Source: Chiloscyllium plagiosum
Lineage: Eukaryota
Assembly: GCF_004010195.1 (NCBI RefSeq)
Contig: NC_057743.1
Location: forward strand, 17,068,948-17,132,947
Direction of reading: 5' to 3'
Length of the DNA: 64,000 bases
The notes beneath the pieces are model-generated. The model had not been told where the DNA came from and searched no databases. It saw only the letters and a program-made list of their open reading frames with translations. Below, in pieces: positions 25,092 to 37,713 of this stretch. Position 1 is the stretch's first letter, and each line of letters begins with the position of its first letter. Both the position numbers and the translations under genes were made by a program.

Positions 25092-25301
25092 GCTGAAAAT
25101 GTGTTGCTGGAAAAGCGCAGCAGGTCAGGCAGCATCCAGGGAACAGGAGAATCGACGTTTCGGGCATAAGCCCTTCTTCGGACTTATGCCCGAAACGTCG
25201 ATTCTCCTGTTCCCTGGATGCTGCCTGACCTGCTGCGCTTTTCCAGCAACACATTTTCAGCTCTGATCTCCAGCATCTGCAGACCTCACTTTCTCCTGAA
25301 A
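25092..25301. mobile_element. Young palindromic Penelope-derived mini-element, family B
   Basis: ~80-bp near-perfect inverted arms (GCTGAAAATGTGTTGCTGG...CGGGCATAAG); 11-bp TSD CACTGATGTGG at 25081-25091 and 25302-25312. Confidence 0.85.
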
Positions 25302-26346
25302 CACTGATGTGGCAAGGTGGCATACAGCAGGATGGACGCCCACTTGTTAACAACATTGACGAGCCACCTGTGTGCACTAAAAACCATGGCAAGGCAGAAG
25401 GTGAGTGAGTGAGGCTGGGAGAATAAGCGATCAGTGCCTGCCATGTAGGTTGCTGCAGGTTATGAGCTGGGTACATGTCCCTGCACATACAGTGAAGCAG
25501 CTTTACAAAGCGGGCTCCAAAATGTAGCATTGAAGTTCAGAAGGGCCCCGCAAACGGATCAGATATGTGCCATGATGAGGTGGAGAGGTTGGCACAAATC
25601 TGATGGCAGCTTCCAGTGTGCCCATGGTCACTGCCCATGGAGTGTGCCCTGAGATGTTAGCTACTGACATCCAAGATGGAGGTGCCCAGGAACCAGCAGC
25701 AAGGAGCTGGGGTTGCCTGGTACCCTCTCTGACTATCATGTTGGTGTCTAGTGTGGGGAACAGGGAATTGCACATCAGTGGGGTGAGATTCAATATTAAC
25801 GAGGATGATAATGAGTGCTAAACCCTCTGAATAAACCTCTCGCTACTCACTGCTGAGAATCTCATCTCGATGGCTTAGACTCACTGAAAAATACCACAAT
25901 TTACTCCCAACATCAGAAAGGCTTTACTCGACATCTCACGTGATTTTCACAAATTTCTCACTGTAGCCCACGTCACTTAAAGCCTGGACAGATCACTAAC
26001 AATCAGCCTGAAACAGAGCAGGACAGTGTGATTCGATAACCATCTGAAGCTGACCATTTTGCAGGGTTACAGGGGAAAAGGCAGAGGAGTACAGCTTAGC
26101 TGAGTCCCTCTTACAGAGAGACTCCTTCTCTGCTGTTGGCATTCAATGGGTCAATGAAACACACATTTCCCAACACACACCACTTCCAGTTCCTGAGTTA
26201 GCAGTGAGGTAATTCCTCTTCCTGAGTTCCTAGCAGCCCTAAGGGCACTGAACAGTAGAGTGTGGACATTAACCAGCAGGACAAGGCTCTAGCCTGTCTG
26301 GACGCTCACTGAGTCTGTTGAAAGACCTATTTTCCGAAACCTTATT

Positions 26347-26523
26347 ATGGATCTGGTGCTTTGGACTTTGACTATGATGCTGGCTCTTGTGGTGGGCTTG
26401 TTTGTGCTGTTGGTTTCTGGAGTGATTTACACTGTATTCACTGAGTCGGTAATGCCGCCAGGTATCCAGGGACCAGGTAAACTCAGGCTCATCTACGGCA
26501 TGCAATTGGCATTAGGCACTTTG
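26347..26523 (+). CDS. AADACL4: Arylacetamide deacetylase-like 3/4 family lipase, exon 1 (N-terminal signal anchor)
   Basis: MDLVLWTLTMMLALVVGLFVLLVSGVIYTVFTESVMPPGIQGPGKLRLIYGMQLALGTL; 177 nt, phase-0 donor TTG|GTAAGA. Confidence 0.85.
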
Positions 26524-26984
26524 GTAAGAAACACTTGGAGAAACTTTGCAAGCTACAACAGAGCAGTTTAATGATACGTACCTTGTCTCAGTGAGCTGAT
26601 TAAACATTCAATTCTTTTCAGGAAGCAAATGCATTTTACCCAGACTGGTCTCTTAAAGGCAAACACCACCCTGAGACTTAAAGATGAACTTTTCTGACTG
26701 CACACTTCCAGTGCAGAATCTCAATTACTGGAGCTTCACATTCCGTGGTGTTCTGTTGTAGTGTGTGCCATCAGTTAGAGTTTAACCTTTACCTTACAGA
26801 TTAAAAACAACAAAGTGCACTAACTTGTTGACAAGTGATAGATATGGGGGACTTTATGAATGGATTAAAATTGAATGGATTACAAGCACCTGTGTAGCAG
26901 AAGAATGATGAATAATAGACAGTTTTCTAGCAGCAATTGGAAATTGTGCAAAGAATTTCAGATGGGAAAGAGTCCGATCAGACA

Positions 26985-27865
26985 GTGTTAATGAGCCTGA
27001 TAGCTTGGGGGAAGACACAGTTGCGTAGTCTGGCCGTGAGAGACCGAATGCTCCGGTATCTTTTGCCAGATGGCAGGCTGGAGAAGAGTTTGAGTGAGGC
27101 GTGTATGGGGTCTTCCACAATGCTGTTAGCCTTTCGTTTTACGGCGTGTGGTGTAACTGTCTGTAATGGAGGGGAGGGAGAGAGAGAGACCCCGATAATC
27201 CTCTCAGCTGTCCTCACTATCCGTTGTAGGGTCTTACAATCCGAGACAGTGCAATTCCCAAACCAGGCAGTGCTGCAGCAGCTCAGGGTGCTCTCAATGA
27301 ACCGTATGTAGAATGTGATGAGGATGGAGGGTGGGGAGGTGGGATTTCCTCAGCCTGTGCAGAAAATAGAGACACTGCTGGGCTTTCTTGGCTATGGAGC
27401 TGGGGTTGGCGGTCCAGGTGTGATTCTCTGCCAAGACATTTGGTGCTCCTCACGATCTCCACAGGGGAGCCAGCATGGAATGGTTGCTCCGTGACCTCCT
27501 GAAGTCAACAACCATCTCTTTTGTCTTATCCACGTTCAGAGACAGGTTGTTGGCTCTGCACCAGTCCGTTAGCTGCTGCACTTCCTCTCTGTAACGCTGA
27601 CTCATCGTTCCTGCTGATGGGACCCGCTACAGTCGTGTCATCAGCGAACTCAATGATGTGATTCGGCCTACGCATCGCTGCGCAGTCCTGTGCTAGCTGG
27701 GTGAACGGGGGGTCCCCGTGCTCAGTGTGTTGGTGTTGGGGATGCTGTTCCCAATCCGGACTGACTGATGTCTCCCGGTCAGGAAGTTCAGGATCCAGTC
27801 ACAAAGGGAGGGATTTAGGCCCAGCAGACTCAGCTTTCCAATCTGGTGCTGAGGAACGAGAATGT
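26985..27865 (-). mobile_element. Rex1/Babar-type LINE fragment with internal deletion
   Basis: [26 protein letters not shown]-like RT motif, and RTAERIIG...LPSGKRYRSIRSLTARLRNCVFPQAIRLIN. Confidence 0.8.
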
Positions 27866-28806
27866 TAGCAAGGGAGAGTTGCAATAATTATTCGCTGTAA
27901 TAAGATTTACTGTTGGGCTTTGAGGAGATATGTTTAATTTATTAAAGACTGAAAAGTCCTGAGACTCCCTATGGGTTGCTGCCTGTTTCTCTCCTCAGGT
28001 CTCTAACTGGCTGATTAATCAAAAGGAGCTGAACAAAAGGTTTCACTTGTTTTGAGTTTGTTCAAGGTCACAGTACAATAGGAGCGTTTCATGCAGCCAA
28101 GGAAAGGCTGGGTCAATAAAGCCACATACATCCAGGGCCTGATCAAAGTCAAATAGGTGGCGGGAGCAGGGAAGCCCTTTGACCAACAATGCTGCATACA
28201 CAGCAGGACTTCACTGGAAACAAGAGTGATGCCTGTCTTCCTTTTGAAGGCACCCACACTCCCCTCCCCACCCCATTCCTTCAGCAGAGGCAGAGAGTCC
28301 AACCAGGATTTGACCAGGTGGATGTAGGAAGGCTGCTTCCTCTAGTAGGAGCATCTAGAGCAGGGGGTTATGGGTTAGAAATGGGGGGCGGGGAGGGGTT
28401 CACCCATTTAAGATGGAGATGAGGAAAACATTTTCAGAGGGTTATCTTTGGAATTCCCTTCCCCTAAAGGCAGTATATACACAGTCTTTAAATATTTTTA
28501 AGGCAGAGGCAGATAAGTCCTTGATTACAAAGGAGAGGAAAGATGATCAGGAAATGGGGAAATGTAGAATTGAGGTTAAAATCAGTCAGCCATGAACATC
28601 TTGAATGGTGGAGCAGGCTCGAAGGACCATGTGATTAGTCTTGGTCCTGGTTCATATGTTCTTAGATCAAAGAGGCTTGCCATTGTATTGAGCACTGAAT
28701 AGGTCCTCAACTAGGAGGAGCTAGATGAATGGGAAGGTGATAATGTCACCAGACTGGTAATCCAAAATGCCAATTTAATGTTTTGTGGACTTGGTTCAAG
28801 CTCCTG

Positions 28807-29720
28807 GGAGAAAGTAAGGACTGCCAATGCTGGAGATCAGAGTCAAAAAATGTGGCGCTGGAAAAGCACAGCCGGTCAGGCTGTTATGAAGATGTGGGTG
28901 TACTGTAGCTTTAACAAAGTTAAAAGCAAGCAGAATTACCTGACAGCACCAAGTGTTCTGAACAAGATACAATGTACCCTTTTGGTCCAGCAGCTAGTGT
29001 AGCTGGTTGCCTGGAGACAAAAACAAATTTGAATTAGGCCAATCAGTTTAAATTATACCCTAAGAAAACCAAACTCCAATCAAGTTTGAATTGAGTATAT
29101 TGTCAATATTAAAAGCCAGTGACACAATCCGATCCTTTGGGGGTATAAGACCAGGGAAAATCGGACAGTTGAAAGAGAACTGCCAAGCCACCAGCACGTA
29201 CAGGCTGTCCGAAACACAGCTCTCTTAGAGGCAACCTTTATCGATCAACAACCTGTGGAAGAGAAACCCTGAGAAGAAAATCAACAGAGAAAGATACAAA
29301 GGGAAGATTTCACAGCTGGCTGGGTTTGAAATTTGAATTTTTGGTAAATCTTAATCGGGGTTTTATCGGACTAGTATTATCGAACGGAAAATAAACGATA
29401 AGTTAGAGGAAGGAGTTGTAAATAGTTGTGAGTTAATTTTTCCCTGTAATACTTTAAGAAACAACGTTGTTAATTTTTACTTTAAATAGCCCTTGGCCTC
29501 TCACATTTTCACAGATTACTGCACGGTGTAAACCTTTTCTGTGTTGCTGGTTTCAATTAGCAGGGGATGGGAGTTTACCCCGTGCCGTAACATTCGAGGA
29601 GCAGGAGAATAACCCCTTCATCGGGAATGTCAAAGAGCTTGTGCCTGAAATGTCGACTCTCCTGCTCCTCGGATGCTGCCTGACCGGCTGTGCTTTTCCA
29701 GCACCACAATTTTTTGACTT
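28807..29720. mobile_element. Family B Penelope mini-element split by an LTR-like insert, itself inserted in an older tRNA-SINE (28722-29850)
   Basis: Arm 28807-28881 resumes at 29593; imperfect flanking duplication GACTT(G)GTTCAAG at ~28788 and ~29716. Confidence 0.7.
28882..29592 (+). mobile_element. Solo-LTR-like insert (~710 bp)
   Basis: TGTTA...TAACA terminal inverted ends and internal TATAAGA near 29145; interrupts the host element cleanly; TSD not clearly recoverable. Confidence 0.55.
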
Positions 29721-31151
29721 GTTCAAGTCCCACCGGGGTAGGTGGTAAATCTTGAATCATTAAGAAAATTAGCCTAAGATAGTCACTGTTGATTATTGTA
29801 AATATCTATCTGGTTCACTAATGCCCCTCCTTTAGGGCAGGAAATCTGCTGCTGCTGGCAGTGAGATGGGAGAAGGGGTGGGGTGTTGTTGTTGGCGATA
29901 TTTGTTCTTCTTTGCCAATTCTTTTCAATCTGTTTTAATTCTTGTCCCAGTGTTTAAATCCCTCCTGGCCTCTGCCCTCCCCCATCTCTGGGACCTTCTC
30001 CAGCCCGACAACATTAAAAAAAAACTCACCCACAGGACGTGGCCATGAATTCTAGGCCAGCACTTTTTACCCATCTCGAACTGCCCAGAGGTTAATAGGT
30101 GATGGCCTAGCAAGACCCTAGAGGGCAGTTCAGTGTCCAATACATCACATGAGGCCAATTTCCTTCCCAAACAAGGCACAAGTGAACCAGATGGGTATTT
30201 TTCCAGACACCAATTTCACGTTTGTCATTAATTCTTATTGAACTTCAATTCCACCCTGGTTGAGCCACGTCCCAAGAACATTACCTGGGTCTCTGGATTA
30301 ATAGCAGAGCAATATTACCACGAGGTGATTGCCTCACCATTGTGAGAACCCTCAAGCTCTCTAACCACTTGTCAATCCCTGTCTTCTACCTCTCTAACAC
30401 TGGCAGCCTGGACTCGTGTTTTCCTGCGTCCCTCCCTCCCTAAACCTCTGCCCCTCCTTTAAGATGGTCCTTGAACCCTAATTTTCCGACTGAGCAGTGG
30501 CTGACAGTTCCTGGCTGCTGCTATCGGACCCTTGCCCCTCAGATGCCAGCAAACACCTGTTTGGGTACCTACTCTGGACAAGCCCGGTGCTCCTGTCCTC
30601 AGCGAGGGGTCCTAGTCCTCCTGCTCCCCACCCCCGCCACCTCCAGCCTGTACAGTCAGCTCCAGAAACTTCCCTTCCAGCCGGTCGATCTGTCCCTTTC
30701 TTTGGGTTGACCCTGACCCCTTCCGGCTCTGGTCACATCTCGGAGTTGCTGTTGTGCGGGGTCCTACACAGGTTGCTTCCTCCCTTCCCTCCCCCACCAC
30801 ACCCCCCATATTGTTCATTTTCTTTTTGCTGCGGCCTTTGAGGGGGTCTTCCTTTAGCTTAAGCCCCTGTCCAGTCAGCTGCCCCCAGGCTTGCAGATTG
30901 CCTCGTCTGCCTGAGTCAGGGAGCTCAGTGAATCTTAATTCAAATGTGAAATCCACAAACTCCTCTCCCAAGTTCAGAGGGTTTTCGTCCAGGCTATCCG
31001 ATGGGGAGTTTTGTCCCACCTGACACTGTATCTGCAAACATTCTGATGCAGTGCCTTGATTTCACTTCTATGATGTTAAAGGCAAGTTAGGTGCATATTT
31101 TATATAAATGCAAGTTTCTGGTATATTTTATCCCCGTTCCCCTCCACTTAG

Positions 31152-31377
31152 GGAAAGATCGCACAGAATCTGGGGCTGGGACCACAGGTCACTGTTGTTC
31201 GGTATCTACATGCCAAGACCCTCAGGAGGATGTCCAAGGAAGGGACTGGCCTGATCATCCGGGATCTCCAATTTGATGGTGTCCCCGTCAGGGTTTACCA
31301 GCTGAGGTCAGCATCGGCGGAGAAAAGGCGTGGGATCTTGTACTTCCACGGTGGTGGATGGGTGTTTGGCAGCATAA
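31152..31377 (+). CDS. AADACL4: AADACL3/4-like exon 2 (HGGG oxyanion motif)
   Basis: TTAG|GGA acceptor; GKIAQNLGLG...DLQFDGVPVRVYQ...GILYFHGGGWVFGSI; 226 nt, phase-1 donor A|GTAAGT. Confidence 0.92.
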
Positions 31378-31499
31378 GTAAGTGCGAAAGACCTGTCCCC
31401 TGGTTAACGTAGTCTTTCACTTTAATCCGAAGTCCCACTGCTCTGAGGCAGGTGTTAATAAATATCCACGAGCATAGTCAGCGAATCGTAAGCTGGTCT

Positions 31500-32780
31500 G
31501 GTATAGAATAGGCCAACAAAAGGTCATTTAAATTTACTCTAATCCCACTTTCCAGCATTTGACCCATTGCCTTGAAAGTTGTGACATTTCAACTGGTCTT
31601 CCAAGTACTTTGTAAAGGTTTCCTACCTCAACTAGCCTCCCAGGCAGTGCATTCCAGACCCCTGCAACCCTCTGGGTAAAATAAAAATTGTTCAAAACCA
31701 CAATAAACTGTGTGATTTCACTTTAAAATTATGCCCACTAGTTATTGACCCTTCAGCTATGGGACGCAGCGTGTTTCCATCCATCCTGTCCATGTCCCTC
31801 ATAACTTTATACACCTCTGCCAAGTCTCCCCAGCCTTCTCTATATCTCAGCATATCCAGACTCTCTTCACCGCTAAACTGCTCCATCCCAGGCAATGTCC
31901 TGGTGAATCTCCCCTGCAACCCTTCCAGTGCAATCACATCTCTCCTATAGTGCAGTGACCAAAACTGTACACAGTGCTCCAGGTGTGGCCTAGCCAAAGT
32001 CTTGTACAGCTCCTACCTCCCTGCTCTTATAATCTATGACATGCCTGACAAAGGCAAGCAATCCGTGTGCCTTCTTAATGACCCCATTATTCTGTCCTAC
32101 TGCCTTCAGGGATCCATGGACAAGCAACCCAAGATTTCTCTGTTCCTCTGAGCTCCCAACGTCCTGCCATTCACTCAGCACTCCCTTGTCCTGTTCCTTC
32201 TTACAAAGTGCATCACCTCACATTTATCCGTCTGTCACTGATCTGTCCATCTGACCAATCTGTCAATATTCTCCTGTAACCTAAGATCTTCTTCCTCACT
32301 GTCAACCATCCGGCCAATGTTTGTAACACCCACAAACTTACTTATCATTCATCCTGCATTTCCTTCGTTATAGTTTCTATATGTTACAAACAATAAGAGG
32401 CCTAGTACTGATCCCCATGGTATGCCACTGGGCACAGGCTTCAGTCACACTAACAGTCTTCTAGCTCCACCCTCTGTCTTCTGTCAATAAGCCAATTTTG
32501 GATCTACCTTGCCAAGTTACCCCAGATCCCATGAGCTTTTATTTTCTTTATCAGTCTCACATGTGGAACTTTGTCAAAGGTTTTGCTGAAATCCACATAA
32601 ACTCCATCAACTGCATTGCCTCACACCTTCACACATCTTCATACCTGGTCACCTCCTTGAAAAATTTAACCAAATTCATGAGGGCATGACCTCCCTCTGA
32701 CAAAGCCACGCTGACTATCCCTGATTAAACCTTACGTCTCCAAGTGGAGATTCATTTTCTCCTTCAGCGTTTTCTCCAAC
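31500..32780 (-). mobile_element. Diverged CR1 LINE fragment
   Basis: RPHLEHCVQFWSLHYRRDVIALE motif; RT remnants with deletions. Confidence 0.8.
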
Positions 32781-32786
32781 TGGTTG

Positions 32787-33392
32787 ATGGGGACTGTGTA
32801 GAGGGAGCTATACTCTGTATCTAACCCCGTGCTGTATCTTTCCTGGGAGTGTTTGAAGGGGACAGTGTAGAGGGAGCTTTGCTCTGTATCTAACGCCATG
32901 CTGTAACTGTCCTGGGAGTGTTTGAAGGGGACAGTGTAGAGGGAGCTTTACTTTGTATGTAATCTTGTTTTGTACTTGTGCTGGAAGTGTTTGATTAGAT
33001 TAGATTACATTACAGTGTGGAAACAGGCCCTTCGGCCCAACAAGTCCACACCGACCCGCCGAAGCGAAACCCACCCATACCCCTACATTTACCCCTTACC
33101 TAACACTACGGGCAATTTAGCATGGCCAATTCACCTGACCCTGCACATCTTTTGGACTGTGGGAGGAAACCGGAGCACCCGGAGGAAACCCACGCAGACA
33201 CGGGGAGAACGTGCAAACTCCACACAGTCAGTCGCCTGAGGCGGGAATTGAACCCGGGTCTCAAGCGCTGTGAGGCAGCAGTGCTAACCACTGTGCCACC
33301 GTGCTGCCCACTGGTTGGGGATGGGGATTGTGTAAGAAGAAGCCTTACTCTGTATCTATTCCCGTACAGTCTCTGTCCTAGTAGTATTTAAT
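32787..33392. repeat. ~68-bp minisatellite (3 units plus 1 diverged unit) interrupted by an HE1 SINE
   Basis: Unit GA(T/A)GGGGACAGTGTAGAGGGAGCTTTACTCTGTATCTAAC...CCTGGGAGTGTTT starts at ~32787, ~32855, ~32924 and ~33320. Confidence 0.8.
32993..33309 (-). mobile_element. Young full-length HE1-type SINE
   Basis: Intact A box, B box GGTTCAATTCC, CpGs largely retained, (TCTAA)n tail. Confidence 0.92.
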
Positions 33393-33492
33393 GCTGCCAT
33401 TAGCTGTTTGGAAAGTCACATCCTCCATTTCCCAGTACTTGGATTCCTCATTTTGACAGAAAGTAACTAATGTGTATGTATTTCGTTCTCAG

Positions 33493-33556
33493 ATGAATAT
33501 GATAATTTGTGCCGGTACATCGCCAAGGAAACTGAGTCGATTGTGGTGTCAGTGGA
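33493..33556 (+). CDS. AADACL4: AADACL3/4-like exon 3
   Basis: CTCAG| acceptor; (N)EYDNLCRYIAKETESIVVSV(E); 64 nt; GA|GTGAGT donor; phases 1 and 2 join exons 2 and 4 in frame. Too short for the ORF track. Confidence 0.92.
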
Positions 33557-34159
33557 GTGAGTATCTGTTGCTTGGATAGGATCACAGTCCTTCATCCAAT
33601 TGACAAATTCCTAATGCCAGGCTGACCTCAATCCAGCACAGCACTGTTCCGGGACACATGACAGACAGAGTGGAAGCTAAGTTCTCTTCCACCTCCACTC
33701 TATTTCATTCAGAAGTAATGCTTTCGTTTCCTGTCTAATCCTTCTTTTTCTTGGCTTGACAAATTTGAACACACGGCACGTACGCCTAGGCCCTCTGGTT
33801 ATCGTTTGGTTGAAAGCCAGGACAGTTAGAAAGCTATTTAACAGTGATGGAAGCACAGCCAACCCTCCATGTTCCTCTCGGATACATGGTGGGGCTTTGT
33901 GTCTGTCATACTCACACATCTGTGCTCATTTTGCTGTTATTACACCCATGTATATCCGATTCTTATTCAGAGGACCATAAATCCATAAGACATAGGGAGC
34001 AGAAATTAGGCCACATCCTTTACTTTTGCTATTTTCTGAATGGCACACCAAATTAGTAACCTAAAGATGAGAGCTGGTCTCTGTAATGATGATCATGAAA
34101 CTATTATTGATTGCTGTAAAAACAGGATTAAATTTCCATAGCAAAATTGACCATAACAC

Positions 34160-35745
34160 CATAAGATGTATAGAAGCAGAATCTGGCCCATATAATTTGC
34201 CCTGCCATTTCATCATGGCTGATATGTTTCTCAACCCCATTCTCTGTCTTCTCCCATTAGCGTTTGATCCCCTTATTAATCAGGAACCTATCTCTGTCTT
34301 AAATACACTTTGCAACTTGGCCTTCACAGTCTTCTGTGGCAATGAGTTTCACAGGTTCACCACCCTCCCATTCAAGAAATTCCTTGTCATCACAGTTCGA
34401 AGGTGTTGTCCCTCTCCCCTACTCCTGGAAACATTTTCTCCACATCCACTCCATCCAGAACTCCTGGTATTCTGTAAGTTCCAATGAAATCCCCCCTCAT
34501 TGTTTTAAATTACATCAAGTACAGACCCAACTGTCCTCACCTGCTCCTCATTGACAAGCCCTTCTTCCCCAGGAACATCCTTGTAAATCTCCTCTGGATC
34601 CCCTGATGAATATGCTTCCTTAGATACAGGGCCCAAAACTGCTCGCAACATTCCAAATGCAGTCTGACCACGGTGTTGTACAGCCTCAGCAGTACATCTC
34701 AGCTCTTGTGTTCAAGTCCTCTTGGAATAAATGCTAACGTTGCATTTACCTTTCTAACTGCCAAATGAACCTGCATGTTAACTTTAAGAGAATTCTGAAT
34801 TGAGACTTCCAAGTCCTTATGCTTCAGATTTCTGAAAACCTTTGCTGTTTAGAAAATAATCTGCACCTCTAATCTTCTTACCAATGTGAAAACCTCACTT
34901 GTACACATTGTATTCCATCTGCCACTTCTTTGCCCACTCTCCTAGCCTGTCTGAGTCCTTCGGCAGCCGCCCCTGCTTCCTCGACACTACCTGTCCCTCC
35001 ACTTACCTTTGTGTTAAGTGAACACTAACAACAATGCCCTCAATTCCTTTGTTCAGGGCATTAATGTCGAATGTGAATAGATGTGGTCCCAACTCTAACC
35101 CCTGCAGATCTCTCCTAGTCACTGGCTGCCATCCTGAAAAAGACCCCTTTATCCCCACTCTCTGCTCTCTGCCAGTCAGCCAATCCTCCAAACATGTCAT
35201 TACCTTACCCCTAACACCTTTGGCTCGTCTTATTTAGTAGTCTCCTGTGTGGCACCTTGCCAAAGGCCTTCTGGAAATCCAACTAGATTATATCCACTGG
35301 CTCCCCTTTGACTAATTTGTTTGTTCACTCCTCAAAGAATTCTAACAGATATAATCTTCCCTTGATGAAGCCATTCTGACTCAGTCCTATTTTACAGTGT
35401 ACTTCCAAGTTCTCCGCAATCCATGCTTAATAATGGACTCTAAAATCTTACCGATGACCAAGGTCAGGCTAAATGACTGTAGTTTCCTGTCTTCTGCCTG
35501 CCTTTTTCATAAACAGGGTGTTATGTTAGCTATTTTCCAGTTCCCTGGGACCTCCCTAACTCCAGTGATTCCTGAAAGATCACCATCAATGCCTCCACAA
35601 TCTCCTCTGCTATCTCCTTCAGAACCCTGGGGTACAGTTCATCTGGTCTGAGTGGTTTATCCACCTTCAAACCTTTCAACTTTCCCAGCACCTTCCCCTT
35701 AGTCATAGCCACTACACTCACCTCTGTCCCTGACCCTTGAAGTTG
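34160..35745 (-). mobile_element. Diverged CR1 LINE (RT to 3' end)
   Basis: KVDKPLRPDELYPRVLKE and WLTGREQRVGIKGSFSGWQPVT motifs with frameshifts. Confidence 0.85.
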
Positions 35746-36929
35746 GGGTTTCATGATTTAGGCTATCTGGTGGAAAGCACCTCTTCAATGTAGTTGCACT
35801 CATATCACCTCAATTCTTAACTGCGTACACATTATTATCCAATTGTGGGTGACGCTGGTCATTTATTGCCCATCTCTAATTGATCAAGGTAAGCAGTTAC
35901 CATGGGTCTGGAATTATATGTAGGCCAGACCAGGTGAGGATGACAGATTCCCTTTCTTAAAAGGCATCTGTGAACCATATATGCGTTTTTGCAACAATGA
36001 CTACATGTTTGCCATTAGGCTACTAGCTCTTACACCAATTTGTTTTTAAAAATTGAGTTCAAATTTCACTATCTACTCAGATTTGAACCCATTTCTTCAG
36101 AGCATTAGCCTGGGTTTAGCTGAATGAGTCCTGTGACATTACTACTAGGCCGTCCCCTAGATGGCAACACTCCCTTTGGAAGCCTTTCAGAGAGGGTTCA
36201 TTTAGTTAATTATTGGGGTGAGGGAGTTTTCTTCTGAGGAAAAGTTGGACAGGTTGGGCCTATAAATATTGGAATCTAGATGAATGAGAACTGATATTAT
36301 TGAAGCATTTAAGAGCCTGAGGGGACCTGACAGGGTGGATCTAAAAGGATGTTTTCGCTTGTGGAGTAGTCTAGAACTGGAGGACAATAAGGAATAACCC
36401 ATTAAATTAGAAATTAGGATTTTATTTCTCAGATGGCTATTAATCGTCTGCAAAAAGTAGTGGAGGCAGGGTCATTGAATTTTTTTTCGGCCAAATGGGA
36501 TAGATTCTTGACTGACAAAGCAATTGGAGGTAGACAGGAAAGTAGGCAAGATCAGCCAGGATCCTAACAATTCATGCAACAAGGTTAAGGGGCTGAATGG
36601 CCTCCTAAATCCTATGTTCCTGTGTTCAACATTGACATTGCTTCACATCTGCCTTTCTTGTCTCTACTCTTGAAAACCTCCAGAACGCAGACAAGAGCCC
36701 CCCACTGCACCATCCACCTGGCACTGAAGCCATTTCTGTAGCCCGAGGTTGAAAGGTCACAGGTCAGAGGCATATAACAGCAGACTGTCAAATCTGCCCT
36801 GACCAACTCATGCAGTCGAGAGTCTTTCTTCAACCTTAATGCGGCCCAGCCCTGTAGAAATGAGCACTTCAACAAGTTACAATAAAAACAAACCCTTCTT
36901 GGCCTAATGTTTCCCTGTTGGTTTCCCAG

Positions 36930-37713
36930 GTACCGCCTTGCACCTGAGTACAGGTACCCCTCTCAGCTCGAGGACTGCCTAAATGCCACTCTGCATTTCC
37001 TCAAGACCACAGATGATTATGGAGTTGACCGCAACAGAGTCGTTGTGTGTGGGGATAGTGCTGGGGGTAACCTGGTTGCCGCCGTGTGTCTGAGAGTCAC
37101 TTCCATGAAGGACAGCTTGGATGTTCCAACCCTCCGCGCCCAGGTCCTGATCTACCCAGCCCTTCAAATGGTCGACTTCAACCTGCCCTCCTACCGACAA
37201 AACCAGTTTGTGCCCATCCTGTTTCGAACACGCATGATCTTCTTCTTCCTGCAGTATCTGAACGGAGACATGTCCATTGCAGAAGATGTGCTGTCAGGTC
37301 ACCATCTACCTGTGGAAGTCAAATCTAAATACAGGAGGTGGCTAAACCCAGATCTGATCCCAGGCAACTTTCAGGTCGGAGATCAGAAGCCCAACCTTGC
37401 CCTCACCCATGTCGATGAGGTTTATGATCTTGTGAAGCCCAGCTTAGAGCCAACCTTTGCCCCACTCCTTGCCAGTGATGCTGCCATTAGCAGGCTCCCA
37501 CCAGCGTACATTTTGACCTGTGAGTTTGACGTACTACGGGATGACGGATTGCTGTTCAAGAAACGATTGGAAGACAATGGCGTTCCAGTGTCCTGGTACC
37601 ATATTCAAGATGGCTTCCACGGGATAATCAGCTTCTTTGATAATGGTTACCTGACCTTCTCATCCGGGAAACAGGCCGTTGATAACATTGTCTCCTTCCT
37701 TAGAGACATGTAG
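36930..37713 (+). CDS. AADACL4: AADACL3/4-like exon 4 (catalytic triad); full CDS join(26347..26523,31152..31377,33493..33556,36930..37713) = 416 aa
   Basis: CCCAG|G acceptor; YRLAPE, GDSAGG (Ser), CEFDVLRDDG (Asp), DGFHG (His); TAG at 37711-37713. The symbol choice between AADACL3 and AADACL4 rests on synteny, not phylogeny. Confidence 0.95.
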
